64,000 nt of DNA. Source: Lytechinus pictus (lineage: Eukaryota). Of this stretch, positions 39,801 through 48,800 are shown one piece after another (positions within the stretch are counted from its first letter, which is position 1; each line of letters starts with the position of its first letter). Position numbers and translations under genes: made by a program. The notes under the pieces are model-generated. The model saw only the letters and a program-made list of their open reading frames with translations, did no database searches and had not been told where the DNA came from. Location: NCBI RefSeq assembly GCF_037042905.1, contig NC_087245.1:16556001-16620000 (forward strand). Direction: 5' to 3'.

Positions 39801-42800
39801 ATTCAGCAATCGATTAGCTTTACAATACAAGGTGATTTCTGCGTAACACAAAGGTCTGCATTTATGATTACAAGATAAGCTGCAAGAGAAAAATATTTTT
39901 AGAACTTGAACTAAGTTAAACAATCCATTTAAGTATAAATCCTAACTAGGAGATAAATCAAAAGGGCCATTACAAAAAGCAAAGAATAATAAGATATCAT
40001 TTCCAATAAGGCCAAGTAAAAAAAGATAGTAGTTGATCGTCCGGGTTTTTTGAGAGCAGTGATGAGGGAGGTCCTTACTATTTGCTATCTTACTATTTTT
40101 TTAAAAAACAAGGAGGCATTTTCTCGGCCCGTTTTTCTTACATCAGTGATGAGGGAGGTCCTTACTATTTACTTTTTTTTTTTGCTTTTTTTTATTCAAA
40201 TGATTGTCAGGCCATGTCAAACTCGAATTATGTGATCGATGCATGCTCAATATTATAATAAATGAGTAGAAATATATATATTTAGATATATATATATATA
40301 TATGCATGATATATATATATAGATATATATATATATGCATAATATATATATATATATATACATACAATTGATTGGAAATCTATGGAAAATGTATTATGCG
40401 ATAAAAATCTATTGATATATTACTGATGTATACCGGTACTGTATTGTTGTAAAGCAAAATGTTCATGTCAAGTGAATGATTTAAACATTATTCTATATTA
40501 ATATATATATAAGGGTAAAAAATGCATTGGGGGGGGGGTTATTTTTATTACCATGGAGCCATGTTCAGTTTTCCAGAGCCAATCTCTTTTTTAGCTCTGG
40601 GCATGGTTTAATCGCATCGCAGTTCCAGCTGCTTGTAATGTATATTCGTTTACATGTTTAATACTGTTCAATTTTTATTCATTTTTTTAATTGATATCAA
40701 GGTTAAATGATTATTGAATTAATTGTTAAATGTTCACATAATGTTTATTATTTCAATATTTACTAATTTTTACAATTGTCCATCAAATTGAACAGCTGAA
40801 GGAAGAATGAAGTTTATCAAATTTGAACAGAATTGGCACTTACTGGAATCCCATTAATGATTTTTAATCTTGATAATGAATAACCCACTTGAAATTATTT
40901 AATGAATATTCAATGCATTGCCTGCTGATGTTAGAAAACTCCCCGGAAAACTTGCCAGAAAATTCAATTCATTTTACAAATTCACAAGTCGCGCCAGCAC
41001 AGTCAAATCACATCATCCCAGCACACCGATTCACCCAACAGAGTCACAAGCACAGTCAATCACCGTAACACACATCGAAGTACAGGCGCTATCACTCACC
41101 AAAAAAACCCCCGCTGAAATACAAATTATGTCTTTAAACTTGATTTATCTGCGCCATATTTCCAAAGCACGCGACGGATTAGTTCAGATTCAGGAAGCGG
41201 GGTCCCCGAAAATGCACCAAAAATGAAGAAATCCATGATCTTTTCCGAGTTTGCAAACTTTATTTTCTCGCTAATTTATGATGGTATCTTCTAGATTCCA
41301 ATAAAAAAACAAATCAGAATTTTTTTCTTTCTTGCATTTACGGCGATATCGGACTTTGCAATTGTTTTTGAAGTTGCGAGAGAGATCCCAGAGCACATGA
41401 GAGCAAATCGCTCGCCAATCTTGTGAATATTTTTCGCTATTCAGCAGCCATAAAGATAGTAAATATCAAGAAAATTGATGCTGCAATAAAAAAGGGAAGC
41501 GCGGACGAGAAACGTCACATTTTTTTTTTTTTTTTTTTTTTTTTAATTATTTTTTTTTGCCAATTTTTGAAAATAGTAAATAGTAAAAAATTTCATGCGG
41601 CGGCAAAAATAGATGCGCGCGAGGACGATCAACTACTTTCTTTTTTTACTTGGCCTAAGTTGCTCAGATTTTCATTATTCAAAATATTTCCCACATAGGA
41701 TGTTTTGGTCTTATGCAACACACATGATTATACTACTCTGAAGAAATAATTTTTTTTTCAAAAAAAACATATAAGATAATAATAAGAGCTTCAATATTTT
41801 TTACCGACACAAGAGACCCTGTCTGGTGCTAAGACAAATCCAGGGCGGTTAACACAGGAACACACAAAGCTTGTTGCAGTATCGGTACACACATCATCAC
41901 AAGGGTTGTTTAAACATTCATTTATACCTGAAAGTCAAACAAATCAAAATGTTAAAAAGTAACTTTCTAAAATGTGGAGGAAATAAGGATTAATGCACCC
42001 ATTCCAGTATTATTTCTTCATTTCTTTATTTATTCATCTACATGTACATGTACTGATTTATCTTGAGATTATGAATGGAAACCATATTTCTTTGTGTATG
42101 TGTGAAATCACTCTTTAAGCATGAATAGTGGGGAGAAATACCTGAAGACTACACAGATAAATGTAACTTTATAAGAATAAGGTGATCAGGAACAGTAAAA
42201 CCCACATAAAGTCGCACTGTGTGATTTATCATTATGAGGACTTTAAGCGGATTTTTGGTCAGAATAGTCAATTTTTAATATTTTAGTATTTCATGAAAAA
42301 GTATATTTTTTCTATGGACTACAAAAAGATGGGTGTGCCAAACAAACCCAAATAGTTGTTTTGCCAGTTTTAATTAGACCCATATTTCGTCGTTTTGGAT
42401 TATTTTGCAATTTGTTCTTCTTACTGAAACCAAAGTATTCTCCTTATTTTGAACTCAAATAAATTGTAAACCAGACAAGATCTTTCATTGATGCCTCTCT
42501 ATGTGCCTAATTAGTGCGTCAAATTTGGAGCTGATTTTGATGACCTTGTTTAGGATCATGATTCTAACCCTCTTTTTGTCACCTAGCACAATAGACTTGT
42601 CAACTTTAATCCCTCTTTTCTCAAAAGTAAGATTCTATGGTAGTCAAAGTTCTTCTCTTTGTAATGAGCTGGGTCATCCAATGGTAGTGGGTTGTATATA
42701 TCATTTTAAAGCTGATATCCTCTTCTTTCCATCGGGATATTTAACTGAAAATTCATTTCTGGCGACTTTTCGTGGAATAGCCATGCCTGGTCACATATTA

Positions 42801-45800
42801 AAGCTCTATTGACCATTGATCTGATAGAAAATATGCACATTGAGGCAAACTTGAACACTATAATCCTAATCCTAATGCTCAAATGATATAAATATGACAC
42901 CAAATGATATAAATCGTGGCAACATAATAGAATAATTTTCAAGAGTTTTACCACAATTTATCTCATTATGACATAACATTATGACCATTGTTGCTGAGCA
43001 TATCTGAATATTAAAGGCTTCATTATCTTAGAATGTTTGTGGGGCTAATATCGAAACAAAATGTATTTGAACACTGCAGAAAAATAAAATAAAAAGTAGC
43101 AGGGTCTTTTTTTTCTTACCACAGAATCTTTCATCTGACCCGTCTTGACAATGCACGGAGCCATCACAGACATCACTATTACTCACACACCGGCCATTCT
43201 CACATGTGAACTCATCAGCAGAACAACTCGCTGTACATGTAACAAAAGAAAACAAGTACAAAAACAGATTGGAACATCTTGTAACATTTTGATGAAAAGA
43301 AATAAGATAATAGCATATTGTTAGTTTAAAAATATCTGTGGTAAAATAATCGCTACATTCTGTAAATTTGACAATGTAATGAAATTCTGAGCTTTTCTAT
43401 TCAAATTGGCAAATTTCTAACATAAAATCACAATGTCCATCACTATACACTTTGTACAAGTGATTAAAAGCAATGAAGAGGAATATATTTATAAGATGAG
43501 AGTATAGGATTATATAACTTACGACAATCTTTCTCATCAGAATTATCTATACAGTCATGGTTTCCATCACATCTCTGACTCAATGCTATACAGACACCAT
43601 TATCACATGTAAATTGAGTTATCGATGAACACTGCGGATAATCTGAAATATAACAAGCATTGCAACAAATTAGCAATGAATAAAGGTTAAACGGAATAAA
43701 AGATAATGAACAAGACTATTAAGGTACATGTAGCAAGTGTAATGCATGAAAGCAGAACAAGACAAGCAATAATACATAAAATCAAAGTGTATTTTTTTCT
43801 GTCTTCTAAATTTGAATAGCTACACCGAGAAACCTTGAGAGCTCATTATTAATATCAACACAATGCAGGGATCTCAATTATTCATACATGTACACATACT
43901 GTACATTCTACATCTTCTTGGCTTTTTTATTGGTATATAGTTTGGGGTAGTAATACGGAAATAGTACGGTTTATTTTCAATTGGTCTAACTCCAACTCGT
44001 CTACTATCACTTGGTCTACCATCAGTTTGTACACTATTCACATGGTCTACAGTAATTGCCATTTTGATCACCTACCATTTCGTCTAATAAACGGTTGGTC
44101 CAGTAGCCACTTAGTCCATATACCATTTGGTCTAAATGGACTAAGTGTTAATTGGGCAAAATGAATGAAAAGAAAATGGTTATTAGACCAACTGCTTATG
44201 AGCCGAAATGGTCATAGACAAACTGGTGATTAAACAAAGTGATTATAGGACCAAATGTTTATTGGGCAAAATATGTTTTTAGATGAAATGTTGGATGAAA
44301 TGGCATTAGACTAAATGAGGGTTGACCATGTGAGGAGTAGACAAGTTGGCAATAGACAAGTTGGCAGTTTACCAATAGTATGTTACTAGTAAGGTATTAG
44401 TACTAGCTTACTGTAAGGCTTTGAACCCTAAGCCTCGGAAGAAGAATCCTAAGAGAATGACCCTACCACACCACTATACTACATCAGATCACTTACCACA
44501 GCCAGCGTGTTCATCTGAGCCATCGCCACAGTCACTGTGGTGATCACATTCATACTGGCTAAGAATGCACAGACCATTATCACAGCTAAATTGATCAGGA
44601 TCACAGGGCCTAATATCTGAACGAGGAAAGGGCAACCATGATGTGAGTACAACATATCCGTCTGTCTTTCAGCAGCCTCCCCCCCAAAAAAAAAAAAAAA
44701 TGACAGCATACATATCTCACAAAATAAAATAAAAAAACAACAGATAAATGGATGATCATACATGTAAACCTAGTCTCCTTGCTAAAATTAGTAAATCACA
44801 AATCATCATTCTTTTGACTTCAAGAAAATAATTTTCTATAGGCAGCAATGCAACTAATAATCCAAATACATGTAGGGGCCATTGGATGATTATAGAACAT
44901 GTGGTTTTGTTGGGGGTTTTATTTCGGTTGAGACCGCGAGCTTCGAATCTTGTGATTCTGTTGATAGTTTTTATTTCTTTCAAATGTCTGTCACTGCAGA
45001 ATTCAAAAACTTAATACATGATAAAGCATGCTATATAGTCAGTGCTGACAAATTTCATGAAATGCCCCACAACTACAGTATATTTAGGTGGTTTGCTTCA
45101 ATGTTTTGAATTGATGTCAGCAGTGGAAAGCTGTAATTCTCTGAAAGTTACCATAGAAATATCAAAACCTGGGAATTCACTGAAATTTTCAGACCTCAGA
45201 ATTTAGTCAGTGCTGACAAATTTCATGAAATGCCCCCATAACTACAGTATATTTAGGTGGTTTGCTTCAATGTTTTGAATTGATTACGTCTTGCTTTATT
45301 TGTTAAAACACAGCCTGAATTTCATAATTTCAATAAGAAATATTTATGAAAGAGAGGGACATAAAATATCTGCATGAGGTACATGTACACTGGCTTATCA
45401 CATTTTTCATCATGTACATCTTCATCATACTGATCAATTTTGTCTCTTTGTGAGAGAGGGGAAATGAAATATCTGCATAAATTGGCTTTCTTACTTATTT
45501 CATCACATTTTTTTCTTCACCTTCATGATACTGAAAATGACTGAATCAATTACGACTCTTTGTGAAAGAGGGGACATGAAATATCTGCATAAATTGGCTT
45601 TCTTACTTATTTGATCACATTTTTTTCTTCACCTTCATGATAATGAAAATGACTGAATCAATTACGACCCTTTGTGAAAGAGGGGACATGAAATATCTGC
45701 ATAAATTGACTTACATACTTACTTGATAACATTTTTTCTTCATCTTAATGATACTGACAGTGACTAAATCAATTAGGACTCTTTGTGAAAAAGGGGACAC

Positions 45801-48800
45801 AAAATATCTACATAAGTTACATCGACTTACTTGTTTGATCACATTTTTCTTCATCACACTGACAATGATTGAATCAATTATGACTCTTTGTACGCGGGGA
45901 CATAAAATATCTGCATGAGGTAAATTGACTTACTTGTTTGGTCACATTTGTCTTCATCTTCATCTTCAGCAAATTGACAATGCGCCACACCATCACATTC
46001 TTGACTCGTTGGTATACATCTCTCACCATCAAAGCGCTTAACCTCACAGGTGAAGTAGCCTGTCCGACATCTGTGACCAGCTGCAGGTAAAATCACAATA
46101 GATAGTACTCCCAGGTCAAACTCCATAAATTCCTGTCTACACTTCTATAAACAGCTTGCTTTCATAAAACTCCTATTAAAATATTCACAGCAAAGATAAA
46201 GTACCAATAATCTCTTTGCATTCATTGTACTCACATTATTTCTTTCTCTCATTTTATAAGAAATTAAATCTGACAGAAATTCACCACAGAATTTGTAGAA
46301 TGTGATGGCAACTGGTATTTCATAAAAGTGCAGTCTATGCAAAAGGCCAAGTCCACCTCAACAAATTGTTGATTTTCATATAAAAGAGACAAATTAAACA
46401 ATGCTAAAAACTTCATCAAAACTGTAAAGTATGAAAATTCAGAAATTTTAAGCTTTGATTAGTTTTACTTATAATCTAAAAAAAGGATAAAGGCTGATAT
46501 AAATGAAAGAGCAAAATGGGAGAGCTCTATACATGTAGTGTTTCTCTCACCCACAAAATCTTTTGTATGTTATTTTATGAAATATGGAACAGACATGTAT
46601 TTAGATTATTAGTGCCTCAATTTGACTTCAGTTTCAACATATGGAAAAGCCATGACTCTTTAAACATCTTCTAAAAAAAAAACAATTTCATATTCCACAA
46701 GTATGTAAATGTGGACATTCAAATGAATTATATTGCTTTCAACGTGTGTGCATAACCAGGATGTAAAAAAACTTTTAAAAGAATTTGAACAGAAACACAG
46801 GTAAAGGGGGAAATTAACCCCAAAACATACGAGTGGAAATTTTTGGATAGGCTATAGTTGTCCCATTAAAACAATCTTAAGGAGCTGTTTGAAAGACCCT
46901 CATTCAATAAGTATGATGAGCAACAGAGTTCCAACTTTGAATGAGGGGTTTTTTCACGAATGAGTTAAAAGTGATTTAGAGTCTTGCTTAAATTTTGACA
47001 CATAAATGATATGTAAAGCACAATGTTATTGATAAATACGCAGTAGCCCACATGCGACTTTATAGCATAGTTTGATAAATGCTGCGGTCATTCCTTTTAT
47101 ATTGCACGCAACTGGGAATTCAAGTCTGACCCAAAGTCACAGTTAAATCTTTGTGAAACCCCCCCCCCCCTGGAGAGGTACATGTACTTACTGCAATTAA
47201 CATTTTCATCTGATCCATCCCCACAGTCATCGACAGTATCACACACTTTGAGATCAGAGATACATCGGTTGTTATCACATTTGAAATGTAATGCTGGACA
47301 GCTCCATGTAGAAGGTACGACTAATATAAAGAGATAGATACATTTACATCACAAAGGGATAGTTGGTAAATATTGCTATTATTTTCATAGGCAGCAGAGA
47401 AAAGTTTGATGTCATACTCTCAAGTACATGTACATTCATCATTTGTTATATGAGCTACATATATTTTAAAATAGAAATATTGGTATTACTTGTATTAATA
47501 CTCTTGTAAATCATTTAAAAGCATTATGTCAAATCATGTCAAAATACAACTTGAAATGAACATGTACCCTAACACATTAGGGTCCTTTTTCTTAAAAGTT
47601 GCATAAAACTACATGTAAAATATACATGTAGGCCAGTACTAGGTGATAAATAGACTTATTAGTACATATTTAAAAAAATCTTTATGAAAAAAAAGATTAA
47701 TAGTCCAATACAACGAGGTTACAGGAATTTCAATGACCAATAGTAAAAACTCTTTTAAAAGTATATTTAATCCATGAACATATAAAGTGTTTAGTATTCA
47801 AATCAAAGGCATGACTTTTCAGGCCCAATGAACAATGAAACAACAGTGTTTAATGTAAGTATACAGTGCATGTAATATTTCCAAAAGAAATTCTTTAAAA
47901 TGTAAGTGAAATGAACTACAAGATTCATTTATATCTATTCTGATATAGCTTATACAAGATGTAAATGAAATGAAACAAAATATCTAGCTTAAATTCATTT
48001 CAATAATGGTGGAAAAAACACTGAGATTCACCATCAAGAATACTGTAAGTACAGATGGGCTATAATTGGGAAAAGACTGGTTTTACAAATGAGGGTAAAT
48101 CTTGCTAAATTTATAGCTATTTTTACTACAGAGTACAAACCAGAATCATTTGGTACATACTCATTCAACCATTGGTAGCAATAACATTGGATTTTGTTGG
48201 ATTTTCTTTTGTTTTGGTGAACATTACATGTACAACAACTTAAGTTTATGGTTAACCCAGTGGAAACTGAGCAGGCCTGCATCTATATGCGGTCTGGGGT
48301 ATTTGGGAAATGTACGTACATGTAATACAGACAGCATCATCATCAATTCCCTATAAACTGTATACATTTGTCAGAAATGGAGGGTGGGGATTCTCATTAT
48401 AACGTTAGGTTTTATACTTACCTGTACATAATGGGGGTTCATCACTATCATCCGAACATTCTGAAATACCATCACAATATTTGGATCCAGGAACACAAGT
48501 ATTTGTTGATACACATCTTACAAACGAGTCTGGACATGGAGTATTAGCTGTTGAGTACAGAGGAAAGAGAAAAACTCATAATGTGGAGCGTTCTGGCCCA
48601 GTAGATTAGTCTTCGGACTTTAAAACAGAGGGCCATGGGTTCAAATCCCAGCCATGGCATAATATTTTCTTCAGCAAGAAATTTATCAGCATTGTGCTGC
48701 ACTCGACCCAGGTGGAGTAAATGGGTACCTGGTAGGAATTGATTCCTTGAAAAGCATGTGCGTTTAAGTTCATGTAATTACGACTGCCAAGCAAACGACG

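Noticed and set aside
48585..48660. Functional tRNA gene
   Set aside because: A and B boxes continue into a SINE core and simple-repeat tail; no complete cloverleaf.
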